Shown here: piece after piece, positions 54,717 to 62,910 of the stretch
Numbering within the stretch: the stretch's first letter is position 1
How the letters are laid out: each line of letters starts with the position of its first letter
Source of the DNA: Candidatus Doudnabacteria bacterium RIFCSPHIGHO2_01_FULL_46_14
GTDB lineage: Bacteria > Patescibacteriota > Doudnabacteria > UBA920 > 2-01-FULL-46-14
Reading direction: 5' to 3'
Length of the DNA: 64,000 nucleotides
NCBI GenBank assembly: GCA_001779925.1
Contig: MFEK01000016.1
Location: forward strand, 78,504-142,503
Notes under the pieces: generated by a model
What the model was told of the DNA's origin: nothing
The model's input: only the letters and a program-made list of their open reading frames with translations
The model's database searches: none
Made by a program: the position numbers and the translations under genes

Positions 54717-57533
54717 ATGTCTAACCATTTCCGAGGTTGGAAAAAATCCTCTACAGCGCCATTCTTGCACGGTCCGGAGAGAAAAGTTTCTTCCTGGCTC
54801 CGCAAGATTTTTGCATTTGTCGGAAGCTCGCTGAAAAAATTCTGGAAGGTGAAAGGGATCTTCAAAAAACTCGTCATTGCCGGAATCTTTGCCGGCATAG
54901 TCGGGTTCATTTTTTTCGGCTTAGCATTTGCCTATTACGCTTTTAATTTGCCCGATCCGAACAACCTGATTGTCCGCGAAGTCCCGGAATCAACAAAAAT
55001 TTTAGACCGCAACGGGAAGCTCCTCTATGAACTCTACGACGAAGAAAAACGGACTCTGGTAAAATTGGAGGAGATCCCTCAATACGTCAAAGATGCCACC
55101 GTCGCCATTGAGGACAAAAATTTTTACAATCACAAAGGCATCAGCCTCACCGGGATTATCCGAGCCATACTCGTCAATATTCTGCGCGGCAGTAAGAGTC
55201 AGGGTGGATCCACCATCACCCAGCAATTTGTCCGCAATTCAGTTCTCACCCTCGAAAAAAGCTGGAGCCGCAAGATCAAAGAAATTGCCCTGTCTATTCA
55301 GATTGAACGGCGCTATTCCAAAAACGAAATCCTCCAGTTGTACCTTAACGAAATCCCTTACGGCTCAAACGCTTATGGTGTGGAAGCGGCCGCCCAAACT
55401 TTTTTTGGCAAAAGCGTAAAAGATATCAGCTTGATTGAAGCGGCCTATCTCGCTGCAATGCCGCAGGCCCCTTCCCGCTACTCCCCGTTTGGTCCGAATC
55501 GCGAGGCCTTGGACGGCCGGGCACGCACCGTGCTCGCAGCCATGGCTGACCAGGGGTACATCACAAAACAACAAAAAGACTCTGCCCTCAAAGAAAAAGT
55601 GGAATTTCACAGTCTGGGCAAGGGCATTCTGGCGCCGCACTTTGTCCTCTATGTTCAGGATTTGCTTGCTAAAACCTATGGCGACATCAGTCTACGGCGC
55701 GACGGACTGAAGGTTACCACAACTCTGGATCTCGATTTGCAAACCGCCGGGGAAAAAATAGTGGCCGAACAGGTTGCTGCCTCAGAAAAAAAATATAACG
55801 CCACCAATGCCGCGCTCGTAGCAATTGATCCGAAAAACGGACAGATTTTAGCGATGGTCGGCTCCAAAGATTATTTCAACAAAGAACATGACGGCGCTGT
55901 GAACGTAGCACTGCGCGCGCGGCAGCCTGGATCTTCATTCAAGCCATATGTATACGCCACGGCTTTCAAAAAAGGCATGAACCCTGCCACCATGCTCATG
56001 GATGTTACTACTAATTTCGGAGAGTTTGGCGGCAAGTCGTACACGCCTGGAAATTACGACGGGAAAAACTACGGCCCGGTTTCTGTACGCCGCGCCTTGC
56101 AAGGCTCCCTAAACATTCCTGCGGTGAAAACTTTGATTTTAACCGGCATTGAAGATTCCATTGAGACGGCAGAGAGTTTCGGTATTACCACTCTCAAAGA
56201 CCGCTCGCGTTTTGGCCCGGCTCTGGTACTGGGAGGCGCTGAGGTCAAGCTTTTGGAACACGCGGCCGCATATGGCGTGTTTGCGGCCGGCGGGATAAAA
56301 CATGACACCGCAGCCATCCTCAAAATCGAGGACAAATCAGGAAAAATTCTCGAGGAATACAAAGATTCGCGCGGGCAGGAAGCCCTTGATCCGCAAATCG
56401 CTTACCAGATCACAAACGTTCTTTCTGATAACCCTTCGCGTGTTTATATCTTTGGACAAAACAATCATCTGCAACTGCCAGGTCGGCCGGTAGCCGCCAA
56501 AACCGGAACGACCCAGGAATACCGCGATGCCTGGACCATGGGTTATACACCCTCTCTTGTCGCCGGTGTGTGGATGGGCAATAACGACAACACGCCAATG
56601 GCGGGAGGCGCTTCGGGTTCCCTTGTTGCAGCCGCAATCTGGCAAGAATTCATGAAAAAAGCCCTAGAAGGAAAACCGGTTGAAGATTTCGCGCGTCCCG
56701 AAGGGATAACAGAAATTGCTGTGGACAGCTTGTCCGGAAAATTGCCAACTGCATTTACCACGGAAACCAAAACCGAAATTTTTGCCAGCTTCAATATTCC
56801 ACAAGAATATGACGACGCACACATCTCCGCTACAGTGAATGGTTCGACTCAAATTTATACAGTACTACATTCGGAACGTCCTGAGGATCCGGCCTGGGAG
56901 GACCCAGTGATTCTCTGGGCACTGGCCAATGGCTACAACTATCCGCCCGACGGTAGTTTTGAAGAACGACCCCAGGCTAGCCAAATCGAAATTAACCTCA
57001 AAACAGCGGACAAGATCAGCGCCATGCCCTGGACAGTGTGGGCAGAGATTAAATCAGAGGAGGCGATCCGCGAGGTGCGATTTCTTTTGAATTCGCGCTT
57101 TTTAGGAATAGATAGCGAAGCGCCGTACGAATTGACGAGCGCGGAAAACCATGTGGACGGCACGCACCAATTAACTACTGAGGTTACCACTGCGGGCGGA
57201 CGAACTGCGCAAAAATCGAAAAACCTGGTTTTCTCAACGGGAAAAAATCTAATAATGATTGAGCCGCAGAACAATCAAGAATTAAAACTGCCGGCCAATC
57301 TGGCCGTAGAAACGAGCTTGAATGTTGATCCCTCGTCTGTTGAATTTGTACGGCGATCAGCAAACGGAAAAGAAATCAGAATTCCCGGCTCAGTTTCTAA
57401 TCGCAAAATCGCTGGTATTTTTCAATATACTCTAAACTGGGCCATGTCAGACAAGCCGAACCCGGGGAGTTATATAATCTACGCAAAAATAAGCGGCAAT
57501 AAAAGCAACGAGGTAACAGTCAAAATACAGTAG
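54717..57533 (+). CDS. Class A penicillin-binding protein (PBP1A family)
   Basis: EDKNFY.H, GGSTITQQ, RKIKE, PGSSFKP, SLN, KTGT. Confidence 0.95.
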   Translation: MSNHFRGWKKSSTAPFLHGPERKVSSWLRKIFAFVGSSLKKFWKVKGIFKKLVIAGIFAGIVGFIFFGLAFAYYAFNLPDPNNLIVREVPESTKILDRNGKLLYELYDEEKRTLVKLEEIPQYVKDATVAIEDKNFYNHKGISLTGIIRAILVNILRGSKSQGGSTITQQFVRNSVLTLEKSWSRKIKEIALSIQIERRYSKNEILQLYLNEIPYGSNAYGVEAAAQTFFGKSVKDISLIEAAYLAAMPQAPSRYSPFGPNREALDGRARTVLAAMADQGYITKQQKDSALKEKVEFHSLGKGILAPHFVLYVQDLLAKTYGDISLRRDGLKVTTTLDLDLQTAGEKIVAEQVAASEKKYNATNAALVAIDPKNGQILAMVGSKDYFNKEHDGAVNVALRARQPGSSFKPYVYATAFKKGMNPATMLMDVTTNFGEFGGKSYTPGNYDGKNYGPVSVRRALQGSLNIPAVKTLILTGIEDSIETAESFGITTLKDRSRFGPALVLGGAEVKLLEHAAAYGVFAAGGIKHDTAAILKIEDKSGKILEEYKDSRGQEALDPQIAYQITNVLSDNPSRVYIFGQNNHLQLPGRPVAAKTGTTQEYRDAWTMGYTPSLVAGVWMGNNDNTPMAGGASGSLVAAAIWQEFMKKALEGKPVEDFARPEGITEIAVDSLSGKLPTAFTTETKTEIFASFNIPQEYDDAHISATVNGSTQIYTVLHSERPEDPAWEDPVILWALANGYNYPPDGSFEERPQASQIEINLKTADKISAMPWTVWAEIKSEEAIREVRFLLNSRFLGIDSEAPYELTSAENHVDGTHQLTTEVTTAGGRTAQKSKNLVFSTGKNLIMIEPQNNQELKLPANLAVETSLNVDPSSVEFVRRSANGKEIRIPGSVSNRKIAGIFQYTLNWAMSDKPNPGSYIIYAKISGNKSNEVTVKIQ

Positions 57534-57558
57534 TTTTACGAATAACGAATAATTACGA

Positions 57559-58920
57559 ATGTACGAATTTACCATAGCCATCAGTCTGTTATTATTCCTT
57601 CTTGCAAGCCTATACCGGCGGGAGTGGGGCGTATATTTGATTATTCTGCTTCTACCAACATATCAGATTCGCTTTCAAGTGCTCGGTATTCCCGCAACCT
57701 TTTTAGAAGGAATGATACTGCTGCTTGCCTGTCTGTCATTGCGGGCCATTTTAATAAATGACGAACCAATCTCTCTCAAAAACAGATTGCTTCATTTCAT
57801 TCATAATGACAAATTTACTTCTGTCTTTATTTTCCTTTTCCTCCTGGCCGCCGGCGTCTCTGTTTTTTTGGCTCCGGACATGACCCGCGCTGCCGGGATT
57901 TTCAAAGCCTTTTTTTTTGAAGCCATACTTTTTTATTTTCTGGTGCGGCTCATCATTGATTCGCGAGAAAAATTGGAAAAACTTTTCCAGAGCCTGGCTG
58001 TCCTGGTTTTGTACCTTTCGATTTTCGGGCTTTACCAGTTTTTGACTCTTTCTGGATTACCCCATTCCTGGTGGGGCGTAGAAATCGCGGAGCGCCGCAT
58101 TGTCTCCCTGGTCAATCATCCCAATGCGCTGGCCCTGCTCCTAGGACCTATCCTGGCCATGCTGGCATTCTTACCAAAAAATAAACTAAAATACGCAGCT
58201 ATACTTTTTGGGTTACCGGCCTTCTATCTCACATTGTCACGCGCCGGCTGGTTGGCGCTTGTGGCTGTGATTGTCGGCATTGGGTTGTTTACACAGTACA
58301 AGAAAAAAATTATCATACTGGCTTTGTGTGCAGTCATCGCCATCCTCGCGATCCCTTACTCTCGCACAAAACTTGCAAATCTTGCTTCTGGTCATGACCC
58401 AACCCAGGAAAACCGTTACTTACTGTGGAGCGCGGGCATAGACCTTATCAAAAAACATCCCCTGGCCGGGGTGGGGTTAATGGGTTTTCGCGAGCATTTC
58501 AAAAACTACCCTATCGGCCCGGATCGTGTCATACAAAACTATCCGCATAATTTCTTTTTGAATTTCTGGGTGGAAACCGGGCTCTTAGGGTTGGTAAGTA
58601 TGATCAGTCTGCTCATGCTTTTTTACAGAAAAATTTATCAACTTTACAAATCACCCCTCCCTAACCCTCCCCCTCAAGGGGAGGGAAATATAAAAGAGAA
58701 TTCCTCCCCCTTGCCGGGGTCCTCCAAAACTGTACTCGGTTTTGGGGTGGGCTTGAGGGGGGAGGACAAAGGTGGGGGTGGAAAAAATTATGCCCTCGCC
58801 GTCGTGGCTGCCATGGCCATGATCGTGGTTCACTCCCTCGTGGACGTATCCTATTTCAAAAACGACCTAGCAGTGCTGTTCTGGCTCATCTACGCCCTGC
58901 CGTTTATTGTTTCGGTTTGA
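57559..58920 (+). CDS. O-antigen ligase family protein with two in-frame repeat insertions (57734-57811, 58651-58780)
   Basis: HPNALA, TLSRAGW, PLAGVG, YPHNFFL..W.ETG. Confidence 0.88.
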   Translation: MYEFTIAISLLLFLLASLYRREWGVYLIILLLPTYQIRFQVLGIPATFLEGMILLLACLSLRAILINDEPISLKNRLLHFIHNDKFTSVFIFLFLLAAGVSVFLAPDMTRAAGIFKAFFFEAILFYFLVRLIIDSREKLEKLFQSLAVLVLYLSIFGLYQFLTLSGLPHSWWGVEIAERRIVSLVNHPNALALLLGPILAMLAFLPKNKLKYAAILFGLPAFYLTLSRAGWLALVAVIVGIGLFTQYKKKIIILALCAVIAILAIPYSRTKLANLASGHDPTQENRYLLWSAGIDLIKKHPLAGVGLMGFREHFKNYPIGPDRVIQNYPHNFFLNFWVETGLLGLVSMISLLMLFYRKIYQLYKSPLPNPPPQGEGNIKENSSPLPGSSKTVLGFGVGLRGEDKGGGGKNYALAVVAAMAMIVVHSLVDVSYFKNDLAVLFWLIYALPFIVSV

Positions 58921-59356
58921 TTTGTACTCTTCGTTCTGGCTCTTCGCCAATAGATTCACTAACAACATCGGCTAGTATGCCAATTTCCGCGTGCACGACC
59001 CGTCTCTCGTAAGATGCCATTGGTTTGAGTAGCAAACTTTCTTTAGTTTCGCGCACGCGGTCTGCAGCTTGTCTTGCTAGCTCCCGGAGAAAATCTTCAC
59101 GCGATTTTTTATAGTTCTCCACGTCCACCACAAACTGCACGCTTTCACCGAGTCTTTTAAATGCTAAGAGGCGCGCCAGATACTGGAGTGAATTGAGGTT
59201 AGCACCATACTGGCCGATAAGCATAGCGCTGTCCTGCGTACGCAGATTAAAAATCACGGTTTCTTCTAGAAACCGCTGTTCAATCTCTGCGCTTATGTCC
59301 ATCTTTGACAAAATATCGAGCAGAACCTGTTTAATTACCTCGTATTTCTCATCCAC
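58904..59356 (-). CDS. jag: Jag/KhpB (EloR) KH-R3H RNA-binding protein
   Basis: LIG..G..L.SLQYL, DVENY, ERRVVH, GEEP.RRV. Confidence 0.92.
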   Translation of the reverse strand: MDEKYEVIKQVLLDILSKMDISAEIEQRFLEETVIFNLRTQDSAMLIGQYGANLNSLQYLARLLAFKRLGESVQFVVDVENYKKSREDFLRELARQAADRVRETKESLLLKPMASYERRVVHAEIGILADVVSESIGEEPERRVQIKPKQ

Positions 59357-59422
59357 GCCGTTAGAAATCCTGATACTTAATTCTTGCCATGTCCCCCGTT
59401 TGCTTCTTGGTTTCTACTAGGG

Positions 59423-60109
59423 TCAATGCTTTCTCATTATATACCACTGCTGGCCGATGGCAAAGACAGTGGTAATGATCCAATAAAGCGATAGTCCGGC
59501 CGGAAGCGACATGGCCACTACCGCGGTAATAATCGGCATTACATAAGTAAACTGCATGCTCATCATAGCTGCGGTTTTGTCCTGACTCCCTGTTTTTGGC
59601 GGGGTCATGAGTTTAGACTGCACAAACTGCGATGCGCCGGCAACAATTGCAAAAACTATATTTGGCTTGGCCAGCTCCAATACCCCAAAAAGCTTAGTAG
59701 TAATTGTTCCTGGATCGGCGATAAATGGATAGAGTTCGCCTGTAATCTCCCCGGAAAGACCTGTCCGAAACACACTGTAAAGCGCAATCAAAATCGGCAA
59801 CTGCACGAGAAGCGGCAAACAGGAAGAAAACGGATTCACCTTGTTTTCCTGATAAAATTTTAGGACTGCTTTAGTTTCCGCCTCTTTATCGCCCTTGTGT
59901 TTCTCTTTGAGCTCTTCGAGTTTCGGCTGAAGCTGTTGCAACTGCCTTTGCGATCGCAATGATTTTTGGAATGATGGATAAAGCAATATCCGGGTCAGCA
60001 AAGTTACGGAAATAATCGCCAGACCAATGTCATTCCCTGGCAAAACATTGTAAAACCAAATCAAAAGGTTTAAAAGCGGCTTAACTAGAATGATATGAAA
60101 AATATTCAC
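59423..60109 (-). CDS. yidC: Membrane protein insertase YidC (short form)
   Basis: LQPKL, NPFSSCLPLLVQLPI, PAGLSLYW. Confidence 0.95.
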   Translation of the reverse strand: MNIFHIILVKPLLNLLIWFYNVLPGNDIGLAIISVTLLTRILLYPSFQKSLRSQRQLQQLQPKLEELKEKHKGDKEAETKAVLKFYQENKVNPFSSCLPLLVQLPILIALYSVFRTGLSGEITGELYPFIADPGTITTKLFGVLELAKPNIVFAIVAGASQFVQSKLMTPPKTGSQDKTAAMMSMQFTYVMPIITAVVAMSLPAGLSLYWIITTVFAIGQQWYIMRKH

Positions 60110-60190
60110 CTCGTTAGAAATCCTTGTGGTTAATTATTGTCATAATTTTATGGTTTATCCTGATCGATTTTATTAGATTTCTAAAGATGT

Positions 60191-60433
60191 TCATGTCGTT
60201 CTATTAATCGGATCGTAAGCTGGGCGGCTAAACGGATTGCAGCGGATGATGCGCTTTATTATTTTTCCAATCCCCCATAACCCCTGATTTTCCAGTGTTT
60301 GCCTGGCATACTGCGAACAGCTTGGAGAAAATCGGCAAAATCCATAAGGATAGCGTGCTTTCCCTTGCACGCTATGGTCAGGAGAAAAAACAATCTGATA
60401 AATTTTTATAATCTGAATTAAAAACTTTGTCAT
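60191..60433 (-). CDS. yidD: Membrane protein insertion efficiency factor YidD
   Basis: CRFSPSCSQYA, RIIRCNPF. Confidence 0.93.
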   Translation of the reverse strand: MTKFLIQIIKIYQIVFSPDHSVQGKARYPYGFCRFSPSCSQYARQTLENQGLWGIGKIIKRIIRCNPFSRPAYDPINRTT

Positions 60434-60489
60434 TTGCCCGCCTAAAATTTTAAATTAATTGCATATTGCCGCATATCATTGACCTTGGC

Positions 60490-60843
60490 CTAAAATTTTG
60501 GCGGGTAAATGAGTTTTGCTTTGCTGAATAAATTCTCGATTTCCTGCCGTAGGAGCGCTGGTGGCGCGAGTTTGCTTGAGGCACGTGCTTGGATTATAAC
60601 ATCATATCCGGGTTTTATATTTTTTTTCTGTCCATGCACCGCTGCCCTGAGGATCCGCTTCACTCTGTTGCGCGCAGTGGCTTTGGATAATTCTTTTTTA
60701 GAAATAACAAAACCAAAACGCGTTACGTTTTGGTTTGCGCGAAGAACCGAAATGCGCAGATGGTTTCCTTGAATACGCTGGCCTTTTTTGTAAATACGCA
60801 AAAAGTCTTTTTCTTGCGTTAGTCTGAATACTCTGGAAAGCAT
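60490..60843 (-). CDS. rnpA: Ribonuclease P protein component
   Basis: RFGFVISKK..KATARNRVKRILR. Confidence 0.95.
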   Translation of the reverse strand: MLSRVFRLTQEKDFLRIYKKGQRIQGNHLRISVLRANQNVTRFGFVISKKELSKATARNRVKRILRAAVHGQKKNIKPGYDVIIQARASSKLAPPALLRQEIENLFSKAKLIYPPKF

Positions 60844-60978
60844 TCAGATTGTTAAGCGTTTGCGTTTTTTTTGGCGTCTCGCACTCAAAACAGCCCGTCC
60901 TGTTCGACTTTTCATGCGTTTTCGAAACCCATGCCTACGCTGGCGGTGTTTTTTCTTTGGCTGATATGTCCTTTTCAC
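60844..60978 (-). CDS. rpmH: 50S ribosomal protein L34 (not in ORF track)
   Basis: GTG start; [44 protein letters not shown]. Confidence 0.96.
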   Translation of the reverse strand: MKRTYQPKKKHRQRRHGFRKRMKSRTGRAVLSARRQKKRKRLTI

Positions 60979-61325
60979 CTATTAGAAACCTTATTTTTAA
61001 TAATTATTATCGGTACCACTATCCAGCCTGTCGAATCTACAAATTTCTAACAGGGTAAATAATATAAATTATTATATATGAGTTGCGCGCTTTTAGAAAG
61101 AGCATAATGACCATTCCCAAGTTTTCCACATGTTATCCTCATGTGTCAAAATTTTTCTCTTATTTAAGCCAAATATCAGAATTTTACATGTTGATAACCT
61201 ATCTGGTAGAATGGCTTATAAATCTCCCTTGAAAATACTCAATAAACTCCATTTGAAATTTTTTTCTTGTGGATCAACAGGGTAAAATCGTCAATTGCAC
61301 TATTAATTTAAGGATTTCTAACAGG

Positions 61326-62690
61326 GTGAACTCTCCGAAACAAATTTGGCAGGCGGTCTTGGGCAATCTCGAACTTTCTTTGTCCAAGGCCAATTTTACA
61401 ACATGGTTTAAAAATACCGCTGTACTTGAACAAACTGGAGATAAAATCATTGTCGGCGTACCCAATACCTTCACCAAAGAATGGCTACACAATAAATATC
61501 ACCACGACATTCTTAAAGCCGTGCGAACCATCAATCCGGAAATAAAAACCATCGAATACCAAATCACCAGCAGTTTTGCACCGAAAATTTTCCCAAAGAC
61601 AGCACCGGAAGAATCTCGTACCTCTGCACCAAATCCGACCCCCTACCAAAAATCCTATGTCATCAACTCTGGCCTCAATCCGAAATATGGATTTGAGAGC
61701 TTTATTGTTGGTTCTAATAATGAGCTTGCCGCAGCCGCTGCCCAAGCGATTACCAAAAATCCAGGAAAGGCCTACAACCCCCTGTTTATCTACGGCGGGG
61801 TGGGTCTTGGAAAAACTCACTTAATGCAAGCAATCGGCAATGCCCTGCTCAAGAATGGAGAAGCCAAGCGGGTGCTGTATGTGACCACGGAAAAATTCAC
61901 GAATGAATTTATCCAGGCTGTCCGAGACAATAAAAGTGAGAATTTCAAAAATCTATACCGTAGTATGGACGTGCTTTTGATCGATGATATCCAATTTTTG
62001 GCAGGTAAAGAACAAACTCAGGAAGAATTTTTCCACACCTTTAATGCCCTGCACCAAAGCAACAAACAAATAGTGCTTTCTTCTGATCGGCTGCCTAAAG
62101 AAATTCCAGCGATTGAAGAACGACTTGTTTCCCGTTTTGAATGGGGTATGATTGCCGATGTCCAGCCGCCTGATTTTGAAACCAGGTTTGCTATTCTCAA
62201 ATCTAAAGCGCAGGAACGAGGCTATGTTGTTGATCCGAATGTTCTCGAATACATTGCGCAGACTATTGAAACAAATATCCGCGAGCTTGAAGGGTCGCTG
62301 AACCGACTCATGGTATTTTGCCAGCTCAATAACACTCAACCAACCCTGGAACGGGTCAAAGATGTTTTGGCTAATATTATTTTTTCCCCAAAAAAGCGCT
62401 TAGTTTCCCCAAAAAACATCATGGCGGTTGTGGCGGATTTTTATAATGTTTCAATTGATGACCTGATTAAACAGTCGCGCAAAAAAGAATATGTTACCCC
62501 GAGGCAAATCTCCATGTATATCATTCGAAAAGAGTTGGAAACGAGTTTACCGATGATTGGGGAAATTTTTGGCGGTAGAGATCACACCACAGTCATTCAC
62601 GCTATTGATAAAATCCAAAAACTTGCCAAAGAAAAGGAAAGCCTTAGGCAGGAACTCAGTTTGATAACTAATAAAATTTATATGGAATAA
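61326..62690 (+). CDS. dnaA: Chromosomal replication initiator DnaA
   Basis: YNPLFIYGGVGLGKTHL, LLIDDIQF, RELEG, GGRDHTTV; GTG start inferred from domain I. Confidence 0.98.
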   Translation: MNSPKQIWQAVLGNLELSLSKANFTTWFKNTAVLEQTGDKIIVGVPNTFTKEWLHNKYHHDILKAVRTINPEIKTIEYQITSSFAPKIFPKTAPEESRTSAPNPTPYQKSYVINSGLNPKYGFESFIVGSNNELAAAAAQAITKNPGKAYNPLFIYGGVGLGKTHLMQAIGNALLKNGEAKRVLYVTTEKFTNEFIQAVRDNKSENFKNLYRSMDVLLIDDIQFLAGKEQTQEEFFHTFNALHQSNKQIVLSSDRLPKEIPAIEERLVSRFEWGMIADVQPPDFETRFAILKSKAQERGYVVDPNVLEYIAQTIETNIRELEGSLNRLMVFCQLNNTQPTLERVKDVLANIIFSPKKRLVSPKNIMAVVADFYNVSIDDLIKQSRKKEYVTPRQISMYIIRKELETSLPMIGEIFGGRDHTTVIHAIDKIQKLAKEKESLRQELSLITNKIYME

Positions 62691-62910
62691 CTGAGGGTAG
62701 TGTGTGGACAACCACAGGACAAGTTTTGGATAGAATTTTTAAATAAAATCTAAAACAAATTTTATCAACAATCATTCAACACACAACCTACAGCTTATCA
62801 AAACCTTTTCCTCTAAAACTTCCTACAAACAAACAATAATAACCAACAGTTAACATTTACACAGCCTCTATTACTACTACTGTATTTAATAAATCTAACA
62901 AATTACTCTT
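62691..62910. other. oriC (dnaA-dnaN intergenic) with DnaA boxes and DnaA-trio unwinding element
   Basis: tgtggacaa, ttatcaaca, and tttacaca-gcct-ctattactactact at 62856-62881; AT-rich. Confidence 0.8.

Noticed and set aside
61269-61325. Longer dnaA N-terminus (likewise the ORF-track extensions at 47076, 48629, 42296, 11043, 23885)
   Set aside because: The extensions run through DnaA-box, repeat, tRNA or promoter sequence; downstream starts fit the domain boundaries better
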